IMG/VR virus record: IMGVR_UViG_3300045988_095259
Span: 1 to 58,184 of that record
Length of the DNA stretch: 58,184 bases
Direction: 5' to 3' (one strand)
Source of the DNA: a virus
Of this stretch, positions 48,244-56,571 are shown piece by piece. The translations under genes and the position numbers were made by a program. Position 1 is the stretch's first letter, and each line of letters starts with the position of its first letter. The notes beneath the pieces are model-generated. The model saw nothing but the letters and a program-made list of their open reading frames with translations, was not told where the DNA came from and made no database searches.

Positions 48244-48482
48244 GCAACAGTAAATGCCACTTTAGCCTTGCAAAGAACCGCACGGAAGCGGATATGCCGA
48301 CAGGAGGTATATGTGACGTTCCACGGTATCCATGCAAGAAATGCCGACACTATTCCGTATGCACGAATATGTACTGCGAGAGCTTCATCCGGTTCTACCG
48401 CGATTTCATGGCGGACTTCCGCACGAAGCTCGGTGTACCACAGCCAAAGTTACTGGAACAGATTCTTTCCGGGGAGGATTAG
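48240..48482 (+). CDS. Hypothetical 80-aa Cys-rich protein
   Basis: ATGA overlap with the upstream gene. The cysteines are CKKCRHYSVCTNMYC. Confidence 0.58.
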   Translation: MSNSKCHFSLAKNRTEADMPTGGICDVPRYPCKKCRHYSVCTNMYCESFIRFYRDFMADFRTKLGVPQPKLLEQILSGED

Positions 48483-48485
48483 CCC

Positions 48486-48704
48486 ATGATTCCGCTTATG
48501 CACAAGCCTTGCCAGCCGCGCGTATCCACAACAAGCATCATCACCAAAAAGGCATACCGTGAAGAACAGCCGGAACGCTTCCTGCGCAAGGATACCAAGG
48601 ATGATATATCCATCTGCCTGAACTGCACCAGAAAATCTTGCAGCGGCTCAAAACGCTGCCTGCTGAAACGAAAAGGAGAACAGAACAATGTCAATCCGGA
48701 TTGA
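48486..48704 (+). CDS. Hypothetical 72-aa basic protein
   Basis: An ORF with the cysteine segment CLNCTRKSCSGSKRC. There is no clear SD. Confidence 0.48.
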   Translation: MIPLMHKPCQPRVSTTSIITKKAYREEQPERFLRKDTKDDISICLNCTRKSCSGSKRCLLKRKGEQNNVNPD

Positions 48705-49302
48705 GAACACCGTGTATCCGTCCACGCTACAGTGGCAAGCGGCAATACGCGGCATGAGAAACGCCAAACGCAGCTGGGACAAATCCGACACGGATGATAC
48801 CGGGATCGGAGAAGCCGACCTGAAACTCATGAGAACCCTTGTACAGGCAGGCTCGTCCCACAGAAAATTCCTCCGTATGCTCCCGGTCATAACGGACATC
48901 ACAGCACCGTCCTATTGGGTCGCGGAGCTGGATACCTACAAACTCGGAACCACCAGGAACTCGTGCAGCTTCATGCACACAGGCACACTGAAACCGTTCA
49001 CCAAGGACGATTTCAGCGTGGAAGACGAGGCAAAAGAAGCCGGGATCGACCTCATTCTCTGGCTTTTGAACATCCTGCGCGACAATTACCTTGTCTCCAA
49101 GGATGAATCGGAATTCCGCGAGATACGTAACCTGCTGCCGTCCGGCTACAATATCCGCTTCACGTGGAGCGCAAACTACGAAACACTGCTGAACATTTAC
49201 AATCAACGCAAATACCACCGTTTGCCGGAGTGGCATACATTCTGCGAGTGGATTGAGCAGTTGCCGTATTTCCAGGAAATTTGTCTTACAGAGAAGGAGT
49301 AA
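48688..49302 (+). CDS. ThyX-like (flavin-dependent thymidylate synthase fold) protein, divergent
   Basis: SD AAAGGAG. The segment SHRKFLRMLPVITDITAPSYWVAELDTYKLGTTRNSCSFMH resembles the ThyX core, but the canonical RHRxxSxxxxS motif is not intact. The family call is tentative. Confidence 0.5.
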   Translation: MSIRIENTVYPSTLQWQAAIRGMRNAKRSWDKSDTDDTGIGEADLKLMRTLVQAGSSHRKFLRMLPVITDITAPSYWVAELDTYKLGTTRNSCSFMHTGTLKPFTKDDFSVEDEAKEAGIDLILWLLNILRDNYLVSKDESEFREIRNLLPSGYNIRFTWSANYETLLNIYNQRKYHRLPEWHTFCEWIEQLPYFQEICLTEKE

Positions 49303-49307
49303 AAGAA

Positions 49308-50132
49308 ATGCTTACAAACGAAACAATCAGCGAAAAGGAGAAGCCAATGTCGGATAATAAAACGAGACTGCAAGCCTTGCTGGCAGTCCTGCCCAACATC
49401 GAACTTGACGATGAAGGCTACCCGTTCTTCTGCGTCGAAGTGTACGACAAGGTACAGGACACGCAGAACCATTATGACTGTTCGCAAGGCTGCGAAGAAT
49501 GCAAAAAAAAGATTCTTGGAAGCGAAGGAGAAATAACCATGGAAATATTTGAATTTATGGAGAATAGGAGAAGAATGTGCGATTACTACGGCGTCAGTAC
49601 ATGCGTGTGCGACGATTCTCGCGGAGCATGCCCGGCGTTGGACATTGATTGTTCATTCACAACAGACAAGCCGGAACGCCTGATTGCCATCGTCGAGGAG
49701 TGGGCAAAGGAACATCCGGAGGAAACGTCGGCTGCAACGTCTCATAAGAGCGACGAGCCGTGTGTAAAAACGATCCGGGATGACCTTGAAGGTGCGATTT
49801 ATCGTTCAATCGCTTCCAATAAAACCCGGATCGAGAAGCTTGAGTACGACGTTTCTGTGATCCGGCATAATTTGGCGGTATTAGATGATCGCATCTACGC
49901 GCTGCGCGAAAAGGTTGATCACACGCCGACGATGGAACCAAGCCAAACGCCCGAGCCGAAGCGAACGAACAAGGACGTGCTGCTTGCGGCGTTCCCGAAT
50001 ACTCGCGTGGACGATAACGGGATTCCGGATGTGTGTCCGTTTGAGCTCGATAAACACTATGAATGCGGCAAGTTTGCGAAATGCTCAGAGTGTAAATGCG
50101 CACATTGGCTCGCGGAATCAGAGGAAAAGTAA
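49308..50132 (+). CDS. Cys-rich modular protein, member 1 of a three-gene paralogous family
   Basis: ATG 49308 follows GGAG. Its modules (LLAVLPNIELDDEGYPFFC..., MCDYYGVSTCVCDD...IVEEWAKEHPEE, LLAAFPNTRVDDNGIPDVCPF...CSECKCAHW) are shared with 51423..51995 and 53095..53550. Confidence 0.7.
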   Translation: MLTNETISEKEKPMSDNKTRLQALLAVLPNIELDDEGYPFFCVEVYDKVQDTQNHYDCSQGCEECKKKILGSEGEITMEIFEFMENRRRMCDYYGVSTCVCDDSRGACPALDIDCSFTTDKPERLIAIVEEWAKEHPEETSAATSHKSDEPCVKTIRDDLEGAIYRSIASNKTRIEKLEYDVSVIRHNLAVLDDRIYALREKVDHTPTMEPSQTPEPKRTNKDVLLAAFPNTRVDDNGIPDVCPFELDKHYECGKFAKCSECKCAHWLAESEEK

Positions 50133-50179
50133 CAAAACACAAGGTTGCCCCCAGCCTTACGGGGAGAAAGAGGATAACT

Positions 50180-50464
50180 ATGGCACAGAAGTATATCGTA
50201 AGAGCAGACCGCGCAGGGGTTTTCTTCGGGGAGATCGAGAGCAGAACCGGAAGCGAAGTGACAATGCGGAACGTTCGCCGCATCTGGCGTTGGGAAGGAG
50301 CGAACAGCCTTTCGCAGCTTGCAGTTGATGGAACGAAAGCGGGGAAAATCTGCAAGTTCTCGGTCGAGGTGGAATCAATGACAATATTGGGAGTGGTTGA
50401 GATCATCCCCTGCACCGCTAAGGCAACTCAATCTATATCGGAGGTTCCGGAATGGAGATACTGA
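50180..50464 (+). CDS. Conserved hypothetical phage protein (94 aa)
   Basis: ATG 50180 follows AAGAGGA. The product begins MAQKYIVRADRAGVFFGEIESRTGSEVTMRNVRRIWRWEGANSLSQLA. Confidence 0.68.
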   Translation: MAQKYIVRADRAGVFFGEIESRTGSEVTMRNVRRIWRWEGANSLSQLAVDGTKAGKICKFSVEVESMTILGVVEIIPCTAKATQSISEVPEWRY

Positions 50465-51231
50465 ACATTCAGCAGTGGATAGAGAACGGTTCAGGTGACG
50501 GCTCCGGTTACGGTTTCGGTTCAGGTGCCGGAGGCGGTGATGGTTCCGGTGCCGGTTACGGTGCCGGCTTCGGTGGCAGTGCCGGTGATTATGACGGTTC
50601 CGGTTACGGTTGCGGTGACGGCTCCGGTTCCGGTGGCGGTTTCGGTTACGGTGACGGTTTCGGTGGTGGTTCCGGCATCGGAACTGCCACCGGATTCGGT
50701 TGCAGTGACGGTTCCGGTGGCGGTTGCAGTGACGGTTCCGGTGATTGTGACGGTTCCGGTTCCGGTGCAGACATAAAATTCTTTTGCGGTAGTCCTGTCT
50801 ATGAGATAGACGGGATCCCAACTATAATCACGGCTGTATTTGGATCTTATGCCAAAGGTTACATTCTCGAACCATGTCTAACGCTCACGCCATGCTACAT
50901 CGCCAAGCGAGAATCACATTTTGCGCATGGGAAATCGCTAAGTGAAGCCGTGGCCGCAGTGATGGAAAAAGTGTTCGAGGATATGCCGGAAGAAGAACGT
51001 ATTGCGGAATTCTGGAAATTCCATAAAAACGGCGTGAAATATCCCGCAAGGGATCTATACGAATGGCACCACAGGCTAACTGGAAGTTGCGAAATGGGTA
51101 GAAATACGTTCGCAGCAGAACACGGAATCGATCTCAATTCAGATACGTTTACCGTCGCGGAGTTTGTCGAGTTGTGCGGGAAAAGCTATGGCGGAGAAAT
51201 TATCCAAAAACTCGCGGAGGTTGAGGAATGA
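50452..51231 (+). CDS. Protein with a ~95-aa Gly/Ser/Asp/Tyr low-complexity N-terminal repeat region and a globular C-terminal domain
   Basis: The N-terminus reads GSGDGSGYGFGSGAGGGDGSGAGYGAGFGGSAGDYDGSGYGCGDGSGSGGGFGYGDGFGGGSG..., followed by IKFFCGSPVYEIDGIPTIITAVFG...YIAKRESHFAHGKSLSEA. Confidence 0.75.
   Translation: MEILNIQQWIENGSGDGSGYGFGSGAGGGDGSGAGYGAGFGGSAGDYDGSGYGCGDGSGSGGGFGYGDGFGGGSGIGTATGFGCSDGSGGGCSDGSGDCDGSGSGADIKFFCGSPVYEIDGIPTIITAVFGSYAKGYILEPCLTLTPCYIAKRESHFAHGKSLSEAVAAVMEKVFEDMPEEERIAEFWKFHKNGVKYPARDLYEWHHRLTGSCEMGRNTFAAEHGIDLNSDTFTVAEFVELCGKSYGGEIIQKLAEVEE
50485..50770 (+). repeat. Degenerate tandem GGT/GGC-TCC-GGT-GAC coding repeats
   Basis: DNA-level reiteration of ggttccggt / gacggctccggt units encodes the Gly-rich region. 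It creates the complementary-strand shadow ORF 50375..50821. Confidence 0.8.
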
Positions 51232-51305
51232 CAGCACCTGTATTGCTTTCGCTGATTCTTGCGATAGTGGCGATTATGCTGAATTCGGATTATAGGGGGC
51301 AATAG
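51228..51305 (+). CDS. Possible 25-aa single-TM micro-protein
   Basis: ATGA overlap with the upstream stop. GGAGGTTGAGGA lies upstream. The product is MTAPVLLSLILAIVAIMLNSDYRGQ. It is short, so the call is weak. Confidence 0.3.
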   Translation: MTAPVLLSLILAIVAIMLNSDYRGQ

Positions 51306-51422
51306 ACAAATGAAACAGGTTCGCAAAATTTATAGGCTGCCGCTCCGAGAAAAACGCGGCGTGGGCAATCGCGGCGGTGGAGGCGCTACTGCGGGAACGT
51401 GAGGAATAGAAAGGAGAAAGAT

Positions 51423-51995
51423 ATGGATGCTGTGGAATTTGCGAAAACGATGCGGGAGATCTGCAGATCGCATACGAGCTGCGTTGAGTGCGAATTTGTG
51501 AAAGTGCAAGGGCACTGCGGGATTACGAATCCGGAGGCTGATCACGCGGGGATGGTCGCGGTAGCGGAACAGTGGGCACGAGAAAACCATGCGGAGGGTG
51601 CGAGGGATGAATCGCGGAATGTGCTGGAGCTGATGGTGGCTCTGACGGACAAGGTGGATCGGCTGGGAGAAAAGATAAAGGTCGCGGAGAGCATGATCGA
51701 GGAGAGCAGGAGCGTGACGGATGCAGCGTTTGGCAAAGTCGATGAGCAGTTCGCGGAGGTGGACGCGCAGATCGAGAGAGTTGACGAGCGGATCACGCTG
51801 TGCATGCAGATGAACGGCGGAACGAAAAAAAAGAATAAGCGAAAGCGAAAACGTAAATATGCGCTGCTCGCGGTGCTCCCGAACGTTGACACATCGGCTT
51901 GCCCGAAAGTGCTTGATATGAATTACAAATGCGATAAGCGAAAACTTTGCGCGGTGTGCAAACACGAGTTTTGGAACGAGGAGGTGGAGGGATAA
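51423..51995 (+). CDS. Cys-rich modular protein, family member 2
   Basis: ATG 51423 lies 6 nt after AAAGGAG. Shared modules are FAKTMREICRSHTSCVECEF...VAEQWARENHAEG and LLAVLPNVDTSACPKVLDMNYKCDKRKLCAVCKHEFW. Confidence 0.7.
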   Translation: MDAVEFAKTMREICRSHTSCVECEFVKVQGHCGITNPEADHAGMVAVAEQWARENHAEGARDESRNVLELMVALTDKVDRLGEKIKVAESMIEESRSVTDAAFGKVDEQFAEVDAQIERVDERITLCMQMNGGTKKKNKRKRKRKYALLAVLPNVDTSACPKVLDMNYKCDKRKLCAVCKHEFWNEEVEG

Positions 51996-52369
51996 TGCCG
52001 AGATACGTGGACTTGAGCAAAATGCCGCAACTGGAGGCGTGGGGATTCTGCTGCGAAGGAGAAAACTATGCGTTTGTGCCGGTCGCGGACGTGATTCAGG
52101 CACTGCGGCAGGCGGAAGCGCAGACGGGCGAGGTTGCGCCGGTGGTGCATGGACATTGGGTATACAAACGGCGTCGATCTGGAGGGTTTCGCATCCGGAC
52201 AGGATTGCTGAAGAACGGGGAGCGCGTAAAGGTGCTAATAGACGAACGCGAAGACACTATGGAGCCGTTTTGTAGCGTGTGCGGAACTCACAACGACAGC
52301 ACCAACGACCAAAATATGAGATACTGCCCGCACTGCTGGGCGAAGATGGACGGGGAGCAAAGCCAATGA
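51995..52369 (+). CDS. Hypothetical 124-aa protein with a C-terminal zinc ribbon
   Basis: TAATG overlap. GGAGGTGGAGGG lies upstream. The ribbon is CSVCG...YCPHC. Confidence 0.68.
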   Translation: MPRYVDLSKMPQLEAWGFCCEGENYAFVPVADVIQALRQAEAQTGEVAPVVHGHWVYKRRRSGGFRIRTGLLKNGERVKVLIDEREDTMEPFCSVCGTHNDSTNDQNMRYCPHCWAKMDGEQSQ

Positions 52370-53094
52370 AAGATCCATCTAAAATCAAGGTTCTCGTCGC
52401 GTGTGAAGAATCACAGCGCGTATGCATGGCGTTCCGGGGGCGCGGATTCGAAGCGTTCTCGTGCGATATACAGGAGCCGAGCGGCGGACACCCGGAATGG
52501 CACATTCTCGGAGATGCTCTCGAAGCCGTTGATGGTGGGATCGTGACTACAATGGATGGGCAGACGCATGATGTCGGAAAGTGGGACTTGCTAATAGCAC
52601 ACCCGCCGTGTACGTATTTGTCCAATGTCGCAACACAGCATTACAGCTTGCGCTGTACTCCCGCCGAAAAGGTGTGTGCAAGACTACAGGAGCGCACAAA
52701 AGCCGCTGTGTTCTTCATGCGGTTCGCACTTGCCGATGTGCCGCGCATCGCGGTCGAAAATCCGGTCGGCATTATGAGTACTGCATATCGCAAGCCAGAT
52801 CAGATTATACACCCATGGCAATTCAGCGGCGGCGAAAACGACAAGGAGCAGTACGTGACGAAAGCAACGTGCCTGTGGTTCAAGGGATTGCTGCCATTAC
52901 AACCTACGTACAACGGACAAGCACCAGACAACGCGAATATATACGGAATTAGTCCCAACGGAAAGAACCGCACGTGGGAAAGCATGATCAGCAAAAACCG
53001 CCAAAAGAACAGGAGCAAAACATTCCCTGGCATAGCCAAAGCGATGGCGGAGCAGTGGGGAGACTATTTGCTAAGAGAGGATGAGGGGAAATAA
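52366..53094 (+). CDS. DNA cytosine-C5 methyltransferase-like protein (atypical N-terminus)
   Basis: The motif IV-like segment is LLIAHPPCTYLS and the motif VI-like segment is RIAVENPVG. The N-terminus reads VLVACEESQRV instead of the usual FxGxG. ATGA overlap with the upstream gene. Confidence 0.65.
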   Translation: MKDPSKIKVLVACEESQRVCMAFRGRGFEAFSCDIQEPSGGHPEWHILGDALEAVDGGIVTTMDGQTHDVGKWDLLIAHPPCTYLSNVATQHYSLRCTPAEKVCARLQERTKAAVFFMRFALADVPRIAVENPVGIMSTAYRKPDQIIHPWQFSGGENDKEQYVTKATCLWFKGLLPLQPTYNGQAPDNANIYGISPNGKNRTWESMISKNRQKNRSKTFPGIAKAMAEQWGDYLLREDEGK

Positions 53095-53550
53095 ATGGAA
53101 ATCCATGAAGACTATAAACGCGCGGACATGATGGAGTATGACAAAACGAAAGCAAAATTAGAGTTCTTCAAAGACCGCCACCTCAACAACCGAAAGCGAA
53201 TGTGTGATGCAAAATTCAATTGCAGAGGTTGCGAAATCTATAAGGCAGCAGTTGCAGACGGCTGTGACGATCCCATATTTTCCTGTGATGATTATTGCAA
53301 AACCCATTCCGAAAAAATCAATGCAATTGCAGAAAAATGGTGCAAAGAAAACGATCAATCACCCATGCTGGATGATGATTGCGTCGGAATTTTCGCGGTA
53401 ATAACTGTGTTGGCTGCAATAAACGGCATGATTGATTTGCAAAAGCTAGAGGATACCAGCGCAAAAGCAGAGAAATCAGACGTTGATCGTTTACTTGAAA
53501 AGCATTACGCACGGTATAAATCTCAGAAAGGAGAAATAAAAAATGGATAA
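53095..53550 (+). CDS. Cys-rich modular protein, family member 3
   Basis: The shared module is RKRMCDAKFNCRGCEIYKAAVADGCDDPIFSCDDYCKTHSEKINAIAEKWCKEN. Confidence 0.68.
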   Translation: MEIHEDYKRADMMEYDKTKAKLEFFKDRHLNNRKRMCDAKFNCRGCEIYKAAVADGCDDPIFSCDDYCKTHSEKINAIAEKWCKENDQSPMLDDDCVGIFAVITVLAAINGMIDLQKLEDTSAKAEKSDVDRLLEKHYARYKSQKGEIKNG

Positions 53551-53809
53551 ATGCCCTATTTGTAATTATCCGTTGGACATGTGTCAATGCAGATTCTATG
53601 GCAGCGTACATCCGGACAGAGACAAACGAATCGAGGTCGTTACAGACCATATGTATTTTTTCTCGCCGGAGCAAGTTGAACACATTATTAGCTTGCAAAA
53701 GTGGTGGCAGATCTCATACGGAGACAGAGAGCGTGAGCAAATTCGCAAAGAGCTTGTTGCTGAATATCAACCCCATGAACGCCAGATGGAGGGCAATAAA
53801 AATGGCTGA
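53543..53809 (+). CDS. Hypothetical 88-aa protein with an N-terminal CxxC...CxC
   Basis: SD AAAGGAG. The product begins MDKCPICNYPLDMCQC. Confidence 0.62.
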   Translation: MDKCPICNYPLDMCQCRFYGSVHPDRDKRIEVVTDHMYFFSPEQVEHIISLQKWWQISYGDREREQIRKELVAEYQPHERQMEGNKNG

Positions 53810-54170
53810 AGTAACATGGATCAAGGGAACCATCGACCCGCCGCAGAGCGGGGAGTATTACGTCACACTGGAAGCGAAGCAGGACATGGTCGATCCGGTG
53901 ACAGGAAAGGTATACTACAAAACAGGCGACGTAATGATCGATTGTGATTTCTATTACGCCGATGATCGCTTCTGGGAGCAACTCGGCAAGGACAATCCGT
54001 TCTGGGAAGTTGTTTGTTGGGCGGACATTCTCCATCCGAATATTCCGGATGGTGTCCGCGATGGTATCCGCGAAAGTATTGTTGAGTATTTCGGGGAAAG
54101 AGTGCAGTGGCAAAACGGAGACACGTGTCCAAACTTTCTTACATATGGAGGTGACAAGAACAATGTCTAA
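53802..54170 (+). CDS. DUF551-like protein (122 aa)
   Basis: ATG 53802 begins MAEVTWIKGTIDPPQSGEYYV. It resembles the two following MAEWI... genes. Confidence 0.65.
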   Translation: MAEVTWIKGTIDPPQSGEYYVTLEAKQDMVDPVTGKVYYKTGDVMIDCDFYYADDRFWEQLGKDNPFWEVVCWADILHPNIPDGVRDGIRESIVEYFGERVQWQNGDTCPNFLTYGGDKNNV

Positions 54171-54690
54171 ACCGAAAGTAAGATATTTTCAGACGTGTGA
54201 TTTTTGTCACAAAGAATACGAAACCGATGAGAAAGGAATGTTCAACATTAAATTGCCCGGATATCATATTGGAGAATGTGGTGAGAAAAGCAGAACAATC
54301 GTATCAGGCGCTATATGCAGTGAATGCATGGATAGATTGAGTGATTCACTCAGGAGGTTTATCGACTTGAAAGAAGCGGAATACAATATAGGAAACGTTT
54401 TTTCTTGGAGCAAAAGAAAGGATGACATGGCTGAATGGATTAGCGTCAACGACCACCTGCCGGAAACGGCCGATGATGTACTTGTCGCGCTCTCGTATAC
54501 GTATGACGGCGCTTTCTGCGACTATAGCACCGCAAGATACATTGAGTTCGACGATGGCGCACACTGGTGTGAAAGCAAACACGGATATCTCGAATGGAAC
54601 AGATACTCTGACGGGCACGGTGGGAGTTCTTCTTACAAGGTGATTGCGTGGAGGCCGATTCCAACGTATAAGGAGCAAAACAATGGCTGA
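54163..54690 (+). CDS. Zn-ribbon N-terminus fused to a DUF551-like domain (175 aa)
   Basis: SD GGAGGTG. The ribbon is CDFCHK...CSEC. The DUF551-like part is MAEWISVNDHLPETADDVLV. An internal start at 54427 is possible. Confidence 0.65.
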   Translation: MSKPKVRYFQTCDFCHKEYETDEKGMFNIKLPGYHIGECGEKSRTIVSGAICSECMDRLSDSLRRFIDLKEAEYNIGNVFSWSKRKDDMAEWISVNDHLPETADDVLVALSYTYDGAFCDYSTARYIEFDDGAHWCESKHGYLEWNRYSDGHGGSSSYKVIAWRPIPTYKEQNNG

Positions 54691-54964
54691 ATGGATCGAT
54701 GTACGGGAAAGACTTCCCGAAAATTCAGGTCAGTGGGAAAACTATATTGTCGCGGTTATTCACGCGAATCCCTTATATTTCATTGGCAATACATTTGTTG
54801 TACCAGCACTCTACAATAGTCAGCAAAAAATGTGGATCATACTATGGGGGCCGGAAGAATCAGAACATCTGAATGCTCTGATTAGCCCGGAAAAATCTCA
54901 GCCAGAAGAACATTGTGTAGCATACTGGATGAATATGCCCGCACTGCCGGAGGTGCAACAATGA
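54683..54964 (+). CDS. DUF551-like protein (93 aa)
   Basis: The product begins MAEWIDVRERLPENSGQWENYIV. SD AAGGAG. Confidence 0.68.
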   Translation: MAEWIDVRERLPENSGQWENYIVAVIHANPLYFIGNTFVVPALYNSQQKMWIILWGPEESEHLNALISPEKSQPEEHCVAYWMNMPALPEVQQ

Positions 54965-55317
54965 ATGCACTCAAGAAATACAAGGAGCGGCAGTACAGGG
55001 ACAAGGCGCGTGAGATCGTCAACGAAAACATGGACAATTTCATTGAGCATATGGACCTGCTTATCCTGTACGCGCTGCACAAGGAATTCGGATTTGGCGC
55101 GGTAAGGTTGGAGCGGTTCTTCATGTGCATCAGCGACTACTATGAAGCATTCCGCAGCCGATTCATTCAGCCCGGAGACGATAATCGTTTCTGGCAGAAG
55201 GACGGCAGGATGGATACATACGCTCTGAAATATTATCTGAAAGAAGCCGGGTTCGATTATGACGAAGTGTGTGAACGCGCGAAAAAGGCAATGGAGGAAC
55301 GGCACGCAGATGAATAA
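54961..55317 (+). CDS. Hypothetical 118-aa protein
   Basis: ATGA overlap. GGAGGTG lies upstream. Confidence 0.65.
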   Translation: MNALKKYKERQYRDKAREIVNENMDNFIEHMDLLILYALHKEFGFGAVRLERFFMCISDYYEAFRSRFIQPGDDNRFWQKDGRMDTYALKYYLKEAGFDYDEVCERAKKAMEERHADE

Positions 55318-55543
55318 ACCAATCTATATGGCGTACTGTATCGCATGCGAGAAGCGAATGCCATATGCGGTAGATCATAAGATGGTCGATGATGAAATTC
55401 GCGGCATACGGTTCCGATACGCAGAGAACACGGCATATTGCGAACGTTGCGGGACAGAGGTGTACGTCCCGGAAGTCAACGACTGGAATGCAATCAACAG
55501 AAAAGAATCCTACGAAAGAGGAAAAGAGGAAAACGAACAATGA
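55310..55543 (+). CDS. Zinc-ribbon protein (77 aa)
   Basis: The ribbon is CIACEK...CERCG. The gene overlaps its neighbours. Confidence 0.6.
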   Translation: MNKPIYMAYCIACEKRMPYAVDHKMVDDEIRGIRFRYAENTAYCERCGTEVYVPEVNDWNAINRKESYERGKEENEQ

Positions 55544-55956
55544 ACATTATGCTTAGTGATAAAGCGTATATGCCCACAAGAGCACACGCTGTGGACGCAG
55601 GGATTGACCTGTACGCGCCGAAAGGAACGCACACTGTTATCTATGCCGGAGGGTCGGAAACGTTCGATACAGGCGTTTCTGTGCAGATTCCGGAGGGGTG
55701 GTGCGGTCTTATCGTATCCAAGAGCGGATTGAACGTGAAGCACAGCATTCTCTCCGATGGGCTGATCGACAGCGGATACACCGGAACCATCCATGTGAAA
55801 TTGTACAACCACGGTACAGAGCCGTTCGCGGTAGATGGCGGCATGAAGATTTCGCAACTTGTTGTCATTCCCTGCATGATCGACGAGCTGAAGGTGGTGG
55901 AGGAATTTCCCGAAACAAAGCGCGGGACAAACGGTTTCGGTTCTACAGGTGCGTGA
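55540..55956 (+). CDS. dut: dUTP diphosphatase (trimeric dUTPase)
   Basis: Motifs are AVDAGIDLYA, GLIVSKSG, GLIDSGYTGTI and RGTNGFGSTG. SD AAGAGGAAAA. Confidence 0.9.
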   Translation: MNIMLSDKAYMPTRAHAVDAGIDLYAPKGTHTVIYAGGSETFDTGVSVQIPEGWCGLIVSKSGLNVKHSILSDGLIDSGYTGTIHVKLYNHGTEPFAVDGGMKISQLVVIPCMIDELKVVEEFPETKRGTNGFGSTGA

Positions 55957-55982
55957 GCTTGAACAGGAAGAAATTTCTATCC

Positions 55983-56204
55983 ATGTGCGAGGAATGCTCC
56001 AGGCTCCCAAAAGGGGCTAAGGGCATTCCGGCGCACGTGCCGGAGCATCTTATCGTCAGGCACGATGGAATACCGTACTACCCTGTTTCCTATTCGCTGG
56101 GATGGGATGAGGGGAACATCGTACACACGGCAGTGCTGCACGACATACGCCAGAACAGCGTGACAAGCGTGAATTTATTGCAGTTGGAGGACGAAAATGA
56201 ATAG
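55983..56204 (+). CDS. Hypothetical ~73-aa protein (start uncertain: ATG 55983, TTG 55959 or GTG 55953)
   Basis: It lies in the frame of ORF 55698..56204 downstream of the dut stop. The product begins MCEECSRLPKGAKGIPAHVPEHL. Confidence 0.45.
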   Translation: MCEECSRLPKGAKGIPAHVPEHLIVRHDGIPYYPVSYSLGWDEGNIVHTAVLHDIRQNSVTSVNLLQLEDENE

Positions 56205-56571
56205 AGCTGACATTCTCGAAACGGCAAAAAAGATCGTGACAAGCGACAGAAACAAGCAGTACGGCGAACCGGAGGACAATTTCGACACAATTGCTTCCCT
56301 GTGGAACGCATACCTTGTCGGCAAGCATTCTGATGGGGCAGTGATTACAGCAAAGGACGTGGCTCTTATGATGGTGCTGTTCAAGGTGGGCAGAATCCTC
56401 ACGTCAACCGCCGTGAAAGAGGATTCCTACATAGACGCGGCGGGGTATATCGCTTGCGGATATGAATGCGCACAGAAGGAAGCGGAACGTGAACGGAGAC
56501 TGGAAGCTGCGATGAAGCATATTTCGGAAATGCACAACGCACACGATATGCGACCTGCCTATGAAGAATGA
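56197..56571 (+). CDS. Conserved phage protein (DUF6378-like, 124 aa)
   Basis: SD GGAGGA. The conserved segment is DRNKQYGEPEDNFDTIASLWNAYL...AKDVALMMVLFKVGRI...KEDSYIDAAGYIACG. Confidence 0.68.
   Translation: MNRADILETAKKIVTSDRNKQYGEPEDNFDTIASLWNAYLVGKHSDGAVITAKDVALMMVLFKVGRILTSTAVKEDSYIDAAGYIACGYECAQKEAERERRLEAAMKHISEMHNAHDMRPAYEE

Noticed and set aside
50375-50821. 148-aa minus-strand ORF full of NRNRHRNR repeats
   Set aside because: It is the reverse-complement shadow of the Gly/Ser/Asp repeat coding region of 50452..51231. It has no SD, and the sense-strand gene has a proper globular C-terminal domain.
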